From: Camelus dromedarius
Lineage: Eukaryota
Assembly: GCF_036321535.1 (NCBI RefSeq)
Contig: NC_087436.1
Coordinates: 108,006,001 to 108,070,000, forward strand
Reading direction: 5' to 3'
Length of the DNA stretch: 64,000 nt
Shown: positions 1 through 12,210 of the stretch, in pieces
Layout: each line of letters starts with the position of its first letter
Position numbering within the stretch: position 1 is the first letter of the stretch
The notes under the pieces: model-generated
Databases searched by the model: none
The model's input: only the letters and a program-made list of their open reading frames with translations
What the model was told of the DNA's origin: nothing
Position numbers and translations under genes: made by a program

Positions 1-447
1 TGTGCAAATTGTAGCCATTTCTCTCTACAGGATAACTGTAGTTTTTAACTTATTTAGTGTGAAATATCTAAACACAAGTGAAATTTACTTTGTGTTTTAA
101 CGTTTTATTACTTATATACATTTGTGTTATTGACCAATTGGATTATTATTGTAAGATAAAGTCTTAAGTTTACTTTTATGAGGGAATCTATTATACTACC
201 AAAAATAGTGCATGTAAAGAAATATTAACTACATATGATGTTATTTGAATTCATTTCCATGGTAATTTATTTCCTATATTATTTAGTTCTGTATATTGTA
301 AACATTTCTTTTTCTCTTGTGAAAACAGACTCAAAAAATTGTTTTAAGGCTCCTTCTGCCGTCATTTCTAAATCTTCAGTATTTACTTTAAATCTCAAAC
401 ATAACCATTTCTACCTGTTATTCACTCAGTTCTCATCATATGCACAT

Positions 448-448
448 G

Positions 449-480
<32 letters not shown>
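448..480. repeat. (TA)n microsatellite
   Basis: Run of atatat... read directly. Confidence 0.9.
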
Positions 481-482
<2 letters not shown>

Positions 483-1139
483 ATTTAAAAGAAATAAATA
501 CGTCTTTTGTTATTTACAGCAGAGTTTTCTTCAATTTACAATTAGTTGAATTTTAGTCAAGTCATTAGACTTTACATTATTTGCAATTTTTTTATCCTTA
601 TTTTTTTCGACATGTGGTGCCATCTTTAATATGCCTGAACATTGGTTTACTAAAACAGTCTTATTTCAGTGACCACTCTCTTAATTTCAGTTAAGTCCTA
701 TAACTTTTTTCCTAGACTGGTTTGAATAAGTTCTTTAAAAAAGACACTTTGTTGACTAGTTCTCTACATGTTGTTGTTGTTGTTGTTGCTGTTCTGTTAA
801 TACACGAATATGTTAAGACCAAGGTATCTGGGTGGGAAGAGTCTAGAAAAGAGTCTAAAAGGACTTTAACTAGGATGGTGAACCTTTTATAGAATTATTC
901 TGCCTTTCCAAATATTTCTGGATTCTTACTCATTTAGTAGTAGTCAGTATGAAATCACTGCATTGCTTCAGTTAAGAATCCATACAACTTGTATGCTTCT
1001 GGTGGGTTTTCAGAATCACATTGTTCTGTTGGCAGACAAAGTCCCCATACAGCTCTGTCAAAACTGACATTGTAGACTTCAGATGTGTACAGACATTTAG
1101 GGTAAGACCTAAATGAATTCCAATAGCTTATAAGACTAT

Positions 1140-1552
1140 GTGCTCCATCCACACAACTTTTCTAATTTTCTCTCTTAGCACTTTCCTTTTGGCTCATTAG
1201 GTATCAGTCATGCTGGCCTTCTTTTGGAACCTGAAAAGGCCAATGCCATTGCAACTTTAGGTCTTTTGAACTTTCTATCCTCTTTAAAATGTGTATGACT
1301 GGCTCCTTTTTTTGTTCAGGCCCTATCTTAAATGTTACCTCCCTAAGAGGCTCCTGATTCTCCATTTAAAGTTTTCTGCCATGATCTTTCATATTTTTTG
1401 GTTTTGTTTTCTTTACAGAACCTATAAATGCTAGTAATTATCTTGTTCTCCTTGTTAAAATATAGTTTCCATTAGAGCTGGACATTTTCTGTCATATTAA
1501 CTTTAACATCCCCAATACTTAAACATGTACATGGCACAGAGTAGGTGCTCTT
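1140..1552 (+). mobile_element. L2 LINE 3' fragment (old, diverged)
   Basis: Ends in 'tggcacagagtaggtgctc', the L2 3' terminus motif; upstream 'tggctcctt...ttcagg...aaatgttacctcc' resembles L2. Confidence 0.65.
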
Positions 1553-2214
1553 ATGTCAAATATATCAGTGCATGAGTCTACGTAATGAAATTCTCCTCAA
1601 CATAATATTATTGTTCTTATAATAGTATGTAGCATTTTATAGTCTTAGTTTTCAAAGCATATTTACATACTTTGTTATTATCTTCAGTCATGTGGGAACC
1701 ATTCTAATTATCATAAGTGTAATAAAGAAATTTTATATAAAAACAGCCTGATGATAGGATTGTCAAGATACCTTACACAAACATCATAATGAGAAATTTC
1801 ATGTTCTAGTATAGTTTGCTTCATCCTTTACAAATACCTTTGCTGAGAATGGAAGTGATGTGTGAGGAAGCTGTTACCATGGTAAATTTAGATTTTCAGT
1901 AATGAAAGCAAAGTTCCTTTGCAAAAGTCAAACTAAATGTCACAGGTGATTTTCTAGTTGCAAGTTTTTTTATGTTTATTTTTCGAAAGTATTTTTTTTT
2001 TCCTTCCTGCATGTGTAACATCTCTCAGTAGTACTTGTTTAGGTAGGGCAACATGTCTGGAATCTATTGGTCCTATACAAATACGTTTGCCACTGATGTC
2101 AGGTCCTGAAATGGAACATTTGAAATAAACCAAGAGTGTGGTAAAATTTCAGCACCACCAAAATTGACTTCAGAAACTTCATCTTCTATTTGTTCTTCTT
2201 TTTGTAAGAAGGGA

Positions 2215-2680
2215 TAGATTAGTTAGCTTTTGCTGTGTAATAAACCACCCACAATATTAGTGGCTGAACACAACAGTCATTTATTTACTTGCAAAACTAT
2301 GGGTTGGCCATTTGGGCAGGGCCCGGTGGGGCAGTTCTCCAGGAGTCTCCTGACCTCACTTTTACCAGTGCAGTCAGCTAGGGGCAGGTTGGTACCCGAT
2401 GGCCTCCTACACACTGCTGGCTGGTGACTGCAGTGAAGGAAGCAGCTGCGTCTTGTGTCTGTAGTACCTAGCAGGCTAACCCAGGCTTCTTTACACAGTA
2501 GTAGCAAGATGGGTCAAGCTCCACTGTACAAGCACTTATCAAGTCTCTGCTTCTGTCATGTTTGCTGCAGTGAAGACCTGATACCAAGAGGTAGAGAATT
2601 ACATTCCACCCTTTCCTGGAAGGAGCTGCAAAGTCACGCTGTAGAGGGGTGTACCTCTAGGAATGGAAGGAATTGGTGAT
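2215..2680. mobile_element. MLT1-family (ERVL-MaLR) LTR, F/G/H-like
   Basis: 'agttagcttttgctgtgtaataaaccaccc...tggctgaacacaacagtcatttattt' and 'ggaaggagctgcaaagtcac' resemble MLT1 LTR consensus; followed by (TG)n at about 2683-2706. Confidence 0.7.
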
Positions 2681-5600
2681 TTGTGTGTGTGTGTGTGTGT
2701 GCGTGTGATTTACTAGGAAGAGTTCCTTCAAATCATCTTTTAAAATAAAAATATCACAGAGCAAAGAAATTTCAAAGTTTAATCACTGAATGTTTTTATA
2801 ACTTTTTAATCTGAATTCCTGAAATAGTACTTTTCAGTGTGGATGAGTGTAAGAAACATATACCCATGGATATCCAAATGCCAGCATTCTTTCCCTATCC
2901 TGTTCTGATTCAGCGTACGTAGGGTGAGACCCACAAATCACTCTCAGTTTTTTAACTTTCCAGTATATTGTGATGTAGGAGATATAGAAGGACTGCATTT
3001 TTCTGAAGACAGACTAGAAATAGTAAGCTTGCCAATGTCTGGACAAGAAGTACGAGGCAATCTGTTGAAAGCTTGCATTTCTTTGAAATTCATATTTTAT
3101 CTGAAAAAAACTGAATCACATAATACATGGTTTTCTTTAACCTCTAACTAAACTCAAGTTAAGCTCCGGTAGGTTAAATTTGTGTTTGCCCTTGTGATAA
3201 TTTTCTTTCATGTAAATAAACTTAAATAATTTGAAAATATATTATAGATGTGCAATGTGTTGTTATAATTGATAACAAACCTTCTGTGAAGTCAACTCTT
3301 ACATGGAGCATTTGTCTAAAAAAGTTCTTTCTTATTGATTTTGAACATTGTGGATTTAAGAAAAGGGAGTAGCTGAAATAGTGAAGTAGCAAATTAGATA
3401 TTTTTTCCAAGTGACATATGTGCTATTTCTCAATAATAAATTAAGAAAAATTATATTTAAGTTCTAACTCTTTCACCAATTATATTATTGATGTGACAGT
3501 AATTGGAGAAATATTTTAATAGAACACTTTGTTTTGGTAGTAATTTTATATTTACCTTGTAAATTTGACTTACATCTACTTAAATGGAGGCGAACCATAT
3601 GCTAGGCAGATAATCTACCACTTTTTAATCCAACACCATGAGAACTAACAGTTTTACCACAGAGCAAACCACTAGATGTATGTATGGTTAGAAAATACCA
3701 AGAGACAAATTTATGTATAAAAACACGTGTTTTTGAATAATGTTATCAAAGTGTCTGGGATATAGTACTTTGAGTTTAGCCCCTTGTGTCTATATCTGCT
3801 TGTTTGGTTATCGAGTTGAGACTCTGGATTTATGCTTAATAAACTCCCAGGGGGAAGCAGCTCTCTTCCTTCCACCTTCCTGTAGAAAATCACAAGAAGA
3901 CTTCTGGAGAAAGGTTCTGCCTCGGGAGACTGGCTAATTAAACAGTTTTATTATCATCTAATAAAAATTCTCAGTATGCTGTTTGCCATTTCATTTTCTA
4001 AAAGCGTTAAGAAAAATTGAAATATTATTTGTTCTAGCTTATGTCCTGTGAAGATAATATCAGTCTGTCATATGTCCCTTGATGACTCATATGCTTGGAT
4101 GCCAGGCAGAAATCCTGATGAATTCTTTCATAATCTGGATGTCAAGTCAGTGCCTACTTTATTTCCCTGATTGTAAATTTTTGCTTCCAGAATAAGTGGG
4201 GGATCTCTTTCTTTCTCCCTGGTGTTTTATCTTCTAAACAGCCTCAGAGCTGCATTTTTAATTTTTATATACATATGGCCAATGTGCTTCCTTCCAGGAA
4301 AATCATGTTAAGATGCGAATGAAGAAAGTCATTATTAAGCACATTTCTTATTTGTTAGTTAGGAAGTAATTCAAAGTCCAAGTAAGAAATGTTGATCTTC
4401 CTTTTTTAAGTAAAATTCTCTCATTGTGATATTTTTTTTAAAAGAGGTTTAATAAGTAAGATTTAAAATTTTACACTTAAATGTTTTTGAATAAGTTTAT
4501 TTATAATATAAAGCAATGTAACTGCTAAGACTTCAAGTACTTATTTACTCATTCATTCATTTATTCATTCATCTACCTCTTTGTTAAAAACCTATTACGT
4601 GGTAGGTAGTAGTGAGGCTGTGATGACTAACAAGAAATTCTGAAATGAAGACATTTCCATTTACATCACCGCATGTGCCACTCTACATGTAAGAGTTTAT
4701 TCAGAACATTAAAACATTTTCATAATGTTTATTCTCATGTTTTTTAATTTCTCTGAAAAATTTTCAAAATCCTATGTAAAATGAAGTTCCATTAATTGCT
4801 ATTTAAAGTTTCAAAAGTTTCCTGAACAATTTAAATGGTAGGTAAATTTTTTTAATGGTTTTCTGTCTTTTAAAATGGAGTCCCTTTGACTTCTTTTTCC
4901 CCAAGGAATTATGTTATTTTTAATGTTATCCCGTGAAAAATTCAGTGACCTTAAAAGTGTAGTTCATGGAAATTATTCAGGCCTCAGTGATACCTTCAGG
5001 GGGATGCTGCTGTCTTACTGATGTCAGAGATTAGAGCTTTTGCAACATTGCAACATTAGAGCTTCAACAACATTGACTTGAAACTCTTGCTTCACAGGTT
5101 TGCCAAGACACACAGGACTACTGCCAAAAGGCCAGGTTATCCACAGGGTATCTGAACACCTGAATAATAAATCGTGGCCTCTAACCATGCTACAAAGAAA
5201 GAATAGCAAGTTTTCCCAAATGAACAATGGCTAACACCGACACCTGCATTTTATGATTAAAAGTCATAAACGAAGACTGTTTTCTCTTAAATGTTAACAT
5301 GGTCCTTAGAATGAATTACATAACACAGATGAAAATCTGTTTCTGTGTCTTTTCTCACAGTGGATGTGCCTGATGGTCACATATCAGTGATAATAATGTT
5401 CAGTTATCAGTGACATTCAGTTAACAGTAACAGGGATTTTGCAGCTGGTGAGTCTCCATCTAGCATGGCCCTATACTGTGGAAATCAGCTGTTTTCTGAT
5501 AGGTTTATTTGCATTTGAGCAGCCCTGTGAGCATGACCCAAATTTAGATTAAAGAAAAGAAAACCTTTAATGATCATTGAAACCAACTGAAATGTCAGTA

Positions 5601-6679
5601 AACTTAGAGAAATCCAATTATGATGCAAATGTGAAGTTATCCCCACAACAAAATAAACAAAGCATCTGAACTTTTCTAAAGTCCATTCCAGTTCTAAAAT
5701 TACATTAGACTAAGATTGGAACTTGACTTTCTGAATTAAATTGAAAGAGAAAGATAGCAGAATTAGTTATCACTCTGGTAGTGATTTGTTTTTCTTGATC
5801 AGCTGAATTCAGTGCCCATAATTCTGATAGTTTTATATGGCCTAAATGCTTTTCCAAATTTGTACAGATTCAGTTGGCTCATTCTCAAAAATGTTTCTGG
5901 CTGTAGATAAATCAGTTTTGCATGTGGGTTAACATACGTAGGAAATCACGGTTACAGTGTTCGGTGCGTGTGTGTGTCTGTGTGTGCGTATGTATGTACA
6001 CATATCTCATAATTTAGTGTCATTTAGAGTGATTTCTTGTACTGTATATGACTTATTCCTTGACATTTGATGTGAGCTATATAAGAGAAGAGAAAAAAAG
6101 TTAATCCAAAGGGTATCTAATTTTTTATGATCATCTCATATTTTCTTAGTGTTTCTGCCTTCTTTATTTATTTTTTCAACTTTCTAATCCATTCCAACTA
6201 ATGCAGTGAAACAATTAATTACTTTTAATGGGAAGCCTCTTTTTTTTTTTTATTATTCAAGGGCATTTAGTTAGCTATATCAGTCTTAAATATCTTGCCA
6301 CTCTCCATCTGGGCACTGCTCCAGGATTGTAAGCCACTAAATATAATGAGCACTGAAGATTAAATGCTAGTTCACAGTGTCCCTAAAAGTGACCAAATCT
6401 CATATTGCACATCAAAAATGAGTAACTTAAAATTTTCTTTGTAAAAGTATGTGAACTTCTCTCAGACTTTAGAAGTTTAAATGAATGATTCTATACTTTT
6501 ATGTGTTATTTTGAAAATTAAACCTCTCTCCCTCTGACTTGCTCCATAGCACCCCCTACACACACATGTAAAGGCTGTCACAAAAATAAGTTAGTTTAAA
6601 ATTCCTTTCTTTAAAATAAAAATAATTACATAGTTTCCTCCAACACAGCCATGTAGGCATCTGAGGTTCTGTTTCTTTC

Positions 6680-7130
6680 CTCTATTTAATAAATATTTAT
6701 CCAGCTGCCACAATACGATGTTGGATAAATAGTGGGAAATAAAGCAATATGGTACTGGCCTTCAGCAAACTTAATGTCTGTTGCAGGAGACATACATGTC
6801 AACAAATAAATATCAAATTATAAATGAAAGGGAATAACGAGGCACTGTAAGGAAGAATAAAAGAAGGAATGGTTTCGCATTGACTGGTCATGTAAGACAG
6901 CTCTGAGGAAGTGAATATGAAAGTAAGGACAAGAAATCTGCCTTGCAGAGTGTGCTGTGCAGTGTGCTGTGAACTGGTGGGAGAGGGGGGTCTGCCTATT
7001 TCCATGAGCTGAAAGAAGGCCAGCAATCAATGGAATGAGCGCTGGCAGATAAGACTTAAGAGAAAAGTAACTTTCAGAGAGGCTTGGATTTTATTCTAAG
7101 TGCCGTAGTGAGCTATTGCAAGATTTTAGC
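6680..7130 (-). mobile_element. L2 LINE fragment
   Basis: 'atttaataaatatttat', 'ctctgaggaagtga' and 'ttggattttattctaagtg' are typical antisense L2 motifs. Confidence 0.65.
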
Positions 7131-7190
7131 CTCGCCAATTTTAGTGGAAATTAAGCTGTACAGTTCCCTTTTATTTCCTGGAAAATCTTT

Positions 7191-7330
7191 CTTTATCCTT
7201 TTTTCTGGTGGGGGAGGTAATTTATTCATTTTATTTATTTATTTTTAGAGGAAGTATGGGGGATTGAACCCAGGACCTTGTGCACGCTAAGCATGTGCTG
7301 TATGTTTTGAGCTATACATCCCCCCCACCT
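7191..7330 (-). mobile_element. tRNA-derived SINE, camelid Vic-1-like, with 17-bp TSD
   Basis: 'ggggaggtaat...ggggattgaacccaggacct...gagctatac' (reverse B-box/A-box region); perfect direct repeat tttcctggaaaatcttt at 7174-7190 and 7331-7347. Confidence 0.85.
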
Positions 7331-7734
7331 TTTCCTGGAAAATCTTTACTTAAAACTTTATGAAGCATTTTAGAAATCTGGGCATTCATTTTTTATGATT
7401 AGCTTTGGTATGAAAGACTAGTCATTCTAGAACCAGTGAGTAGGTGGGTTTCCCATCATTCTGAAAGAGGAAGATGTCTTTTGCATGCTGGAATGCCCTT
7501 TGGCTAGCTGCAGTAAGACACTAGTTCTGTCCTCATTCCTACTTAACTAGAAATGATGTTTTCACTGGTCCTATAGGATAAATTATCTTGATGATGTAAA
7601 TCTTGCTTTTGCTTTGAGCATTTGTTTGGTAAAAACTTATGGTGAGATAGTGTTTTTGAGAGAATAATAATTCTAAAATCCAGAAGGGCTCTAGAGATCA
7701 TAAAACATTTATTTATTTAAGTACTGTCTATTGC

Positions 7735-7915
7735 AACAGTGTCCAGTAGAAGTTTCTGTGATGATGGAAATGTTCTGTATCTGTCCTGTTCAGTCCAGGA
7801 ACTGGTTCTCACATGTGGCTTATTGAATATATAAAATTTGGTGAAAGAGACTGAAGAATTGAATTAATAATTTTATTTAATTTTAATTAATTTAAAATTC
7901 AAAAGCTTCATGTGA
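7735..7915. mobile_element. MER3-like hAT-Charlie DNA transposon fragment
   Basis: 'tgtccagtagaagtttctgtgatgatggaaatgttctgtatctg...acatgtggct...ttttatttaattttaattaatttaaa' matches MER3. Confidence 0.8.
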
Positions 7916-8268
7916 ACAACTCAAATCCATTATGTACTTAGTATGGGTTCTCAGTTGGGGCAGGCCAGTGAGAAATACACAGAATCTACTCTCCAAGGAT
8001 GCACAGACTTACAAATACAAAGATGTACATGTATCTAGAATATAAGACAGAAAGTGAGAAGCACATGAGAATTTTGGGTTTCAGAAGAGGGATTGATGCT
8101 TTTTGGTGAGAAACTAAGGAGCAATGGTGGAAGGGATAGCAGTGGTCCTAGGCTTTGAAGGATGGGCAAGGTTGTTAACATACGAAGTTGGAATGAAGGT
8201 CATTAAGAGCAAAGGAACCAAGAGGAAAGGAGAAAAAAAGAGTCAACATTAAAGACATGGAAATAATA

Positions 8269-8270
<2 letters not shown>

Positions 8271-8306
<36 letters not shown>
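8271..8306. repeat. (GAT)12 microsatellite at the tail of an antisense MIR
   Basis: Twelve perfect GAT units, preceded by (AAT)3. Confidence 0.95.
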
Positions 8307-8550
8307 AGCAGCTAGTGTCTATCAAGTGCTTACTATGAGACATTTTTCTGGGAGCTTTACATGTATCAATTAATTACTTCTCTCAATAGCTTTCTAAGTT
8401 TAAATGCCATCATTTAATCTCTATTATTATTATCTTCAATCTACAGATAAGGAAACTGGGCTGACAAGGTCAAACACATTTCCCTAGGTCAAGTGGTACT
8501 GACAAAGCCAAGATTTGAACTCAGGAAATCTGAGAATCGAGCACAAAGTG
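8307..8550 (-). mobile_element. MIR SINE
   Basis: MIR core 'tacagataaggaaactggg...cctaggtca...agccaagatttgaactcagg'. Confidence 0.8.
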
Positions 8551-9343
8551 CTCCTGATGGAAGCTTGGAGATCAGGTAATAATTAAAGGGATAGGATATG
8601 CATAGAGCAGGCAGGCAGATGGGTTCCTCACGAGAAACTCTACATAGAGAGGGTGGCAGCAGGATGAGAAAATAGTAATGGACTTCCCAGGCTGAGGTCA
8701 AGGAGAGAACGAAGAAGGGATGTGTACTGGAAGACAGGGTAGGAGAGCGTGTCATGGAGGAGATGTGATCAGCGTACTCTTAAGGACCCCTGGAAGTTGA
8801 GAGCTCTTTGACTTGGCTCTGATGACTTCTCTTCAGCCTAAGCCTTTCAATAGACATTTTATCTGGGGGGAGAGTGGGTCTGTCACCTTTTTGGTTTCTT
8901 ATTTGCCTCCTCTTCTTTTTGACTGTTCCCTTTCAAAGATGAATTATATTACAGCTTAACTGTTGAGTTACTAAAGTTTAATCAAATGTCTCTGGATGTT
9001 CAGAGCTGTGGTCGCTACTAGCTAGAAATAATTAACTGCATGGTTGGTGCTTTGTGTAACATCTTCATACACACTGTGTTACAGTTCATTTTTGTAGTGT
9101 CCGTCCAAATGGTGATTTCATTGTTAACTTCTTCTGAACCCACAATTGGTTTCTGTTACAAGCACTCCTAAATGACATCATAATTTTATATTTGATTATG
9201 GATGAGCACAAAAGTGTCACATTGTTCCCACCAGCAATAGCTTTGATAGTAGGAACATTTCAGCCTCCCAAAGGACCTGCCTGTGAGAGTCTTCTTCATT
9301 AATGAAATCAAGTCACCTGCTACAAAGACAAAACTGTATTTAA

Positions 9344-9888
9344 GCAGAAAGAACTTTTGATAAAATTCAGTGTTCATTTATGACAAAAACTCTCCAGAAA
9401 GGAGCATGGGGGGAACATACCTTAACATAATAGAGACCATATATGGCAAACCCACAGCTAACATCACACTCAGTGATGGGAAGCTGAAGCATTCCCTCTA
9501 AGACAAGGATGCCCACTCACACCACTTTTATTTAACATAGTTTTGAAAGTCCTAGGCACAGAAATCAGAGAAGAAAAAGAAACAAAAGGAATCCAAATTG
9601 GAAAGGAAGAAGTAAGACTGCCACTGTTTGCAGATGACATGATACTATACATAGGAAATCCTAAGGACGCCACCAGAAAACTCCTAGAGCACAGTAATGA
9701 ATTTGGTGAAGTTATAGGATGCAAAGTTAATATACAGAAACCTGTTGCATTTCTATACACTAACAGTGAATTGTCAGAGAAATTAAGGAAGCGATCCCAT
9801 TTACCATCTCATCAAAAAGAATAAGCCTACTCAGGGAGACAAAAGACCAGTACTCTGTAAACTATAAGACACTGATGAAAGAAATGGA
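9344..9888 (+). mobile_element. L1 ORF2 reverse-transcriptase internal fragment (degenerate)
   Basis: ORF 9543-9824 translates to [42 protein letters not shown], the L1 RT region with the FADD catalytic motif; upstream FDKIQ-like sequence; frameshifted. Confidence 0.95.
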
Positions 9889-11389
9889 TTTAAAATTTTT
9901 TATTTGTAAATACAGCTAATCTACAATTTGTTCTTATGGAAAAACCTAATTAGTACCTACAATTGAGGAGGTATTTCTGGAGACCATACCAGCTGGTAGC
10001 CTAGATGGGACAGATGGCCTAACGCTCTTTAATGGAGGGAAGATAGTGTGTTGGTTTGGAGAGATCTGAATAAGAGACTTCATGAACTCTTGTTTTTCAG
10101 TTAAATTTCATTTAAAATAATATTTTCATAAGCAGCACTTTCATGAGGATGGAGACTAGCTTTATAAACATCACTTGCAGCCAGCTTTTATCAAATGATG
10201 AAAACGATAAAATAGCCGTTTTTTCTATCTCAATGCATACTTGTAGCTGTCTGTCTACGTATCCTCAGAAAATGATTGAGCTATGTTTGTTAAGGCTAGC
10301 CGTCAGGTGTTTGTTTGTTTGTGTGTTTGTTTTAACCATATTTGAAAGCTCTGAATGTTCTATCACTTAAAGAACTGTTAGAGCTTTCCTGATGTTTACT
10401 GACGATGGCACTGGTGATGATGGCGCTGGTAGTGGCAATGATTTCAGTAACAGTGACGTGTCAGTTTATACCATTACAAAGGGTTTTACGTTTGTTAACA
10501 TATTTATTCCTGACAACTAGCCTTATTGTTTTCCCCATTTTACATTTTTATCATCACTTAACATTGCATGTTTTATTCTCAAAAATCCTTTACTCTCTCC
10601 ATTTTTACAGATAAGGAGATTGAGGCATCAACACATAAAACAACTTTCCCAAGATCATATAGCTAGTTAGTGCTTGAGACTAGAGTCAATTAGCAGATGG
10701 TTCTAGACTCTACACTCTTAACCCATTGTACACTGTGACTATAGGGTTTCTTATGAATGATTAAGTGAATTAATCACATGTATAATTTGTATAATGCTTT
10801 ATAGTTTACCTAGTACATTTGCTTATATTATCCGACTCCCTGAAACTCTATAGAGTTAGTGAAAAATGGATTTAAGAAAGACTACATGACGGCCAAAGTT
10901 TGCACAAGTCACTTTGGTAGAGCTGGAATTCACTCCCTAGTTTTATGGAAACAAGTTCCATGTCAATTTTAAGAGTCTCTGGATATTTAATAGTTTGCTG
11001 GGGCAGAACATTGTATCCTGTGGGACTGAACATTGAGGCAGTCACTAAGGGCAGCATATGCCTGGAGGAGACATTACATGTGCTCTTAGTTTGAAGGTGG
11101 TGATAGGATTTATGAAGTTTAGATAAATGGTGCCTCAGTTTCCACCTCTCCTTGGAGCTACATCAACCTGAAAAGGCCCCTCTTTATTCTTTTGCTCTTC
11201 TTCGGTTTCAGTCAGCTCCGTTAATGCCTGGAGAATATATTAGATTTTACTAAACTTTTTGGTTAGATTTCTGCTTAAGTATCCTTTAGATTAAGGATCC
11301 ATGGCATTTCATAGAGTCTTAGACTGGAAAAGGTTAGAGTAGGAAGATGTGAATTATAAACCTATGATTCCCTTGAAAACCTGGCTTAT

Positions 11390-11545
11390 TTTCTCTGAGC
11401 CTTGCTTTTCTCACCTGTAAAGATGAAATAAATATACTGACGGAGAAGAATTTTCTGGCTATTATGTGAAATGTGTATAAAGCATATAGCACTAGGTCTG
11501 GCATATGAGAGGCGCTCAATACATTTGGAAATTATTTTTAGTATT
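11390..11545 (+). mobile_element. MIR SINE fragment
   Basis: 'ctctgagccttgcttttctcacctgtaaa...tggcatatgagaggcgctcaatacattt'. Confidence 0.75.
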
Positions 11546-12017
11546 ATATTTCATTCAATGGTGACTCAGATCTAGGATGTGAATGATTCTACCTTTATAC
11601 AGAAACCAGCAAAAGTGATCCGTGAAAGTGTTTCAGGGCGCATTTCCATCTCTGCATTGATTGTTCATAAAGTGAAGGATAAATTAAGTGTCTGAAGGGG
11701 GCATTCCCTCCTTGAATTATACTTTACCGCATTTAATTCATTATAGCATATGCGTATGCTCTAGTGGTAATTTTTACATGTTGGAAATGTAGCTCTTATT
11801 TATTTTAAAGGGTTTTCATATGCAACGAAAATTATATATTTGTGTTAGTCTACTTGTTTCTCTCCTTAGTACTCTCTATTTATTTATTATTGGTTATCAT
11901 TGGTGCCAAATCATAAGAGAACTTAACTGGATATGTGTCCTTGAATTGCTATACTTGTGTTAAGTTTCACAGTTTGTGACTGCTGGGCAGATTTCTTGAA
12001 AGTGTTTCTCTAGGTGA

Positions 12018-12210
12018 TGCTATGGGCTGAAAATCTTTGTGTCCCTCCAAAATTCGTATGTTGGAACTCGAACCTCCAACGTGAAGGTATTTGGAGATGG
12101 GGCCTTTGGGAGGTAATTAGGTCTTGAGGGTGGAGTCTTCATGATAGGCTCAGTGACTTTATAAGAAGAGACTTGAGAGAGTTTGCCTCCTCTTTCTGCT
12201 CTTCTCCAGC
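12018..12210 (+). mobile_element. MLT1A-like LTR, 5' portion
   Basis: 'tgctatgggctgaa...tgtccctccaaaattcgtatgttggaa...gtatttggagatggggcctttgggaggtaattaggtc'. Confidence 0.85.

Noticed and set aside
7240..7325. tRNA-like A/B boxes (also near 23940-24005)
   Set aside because: Part of tRNA-derived SINEs with AT-rich tails (the first with a TSD), not tRNA genes.
9470..9760. Minus-strand 96-aa ORF
   Set aside because: Antisense reading of the L1 ORF2 fragment.
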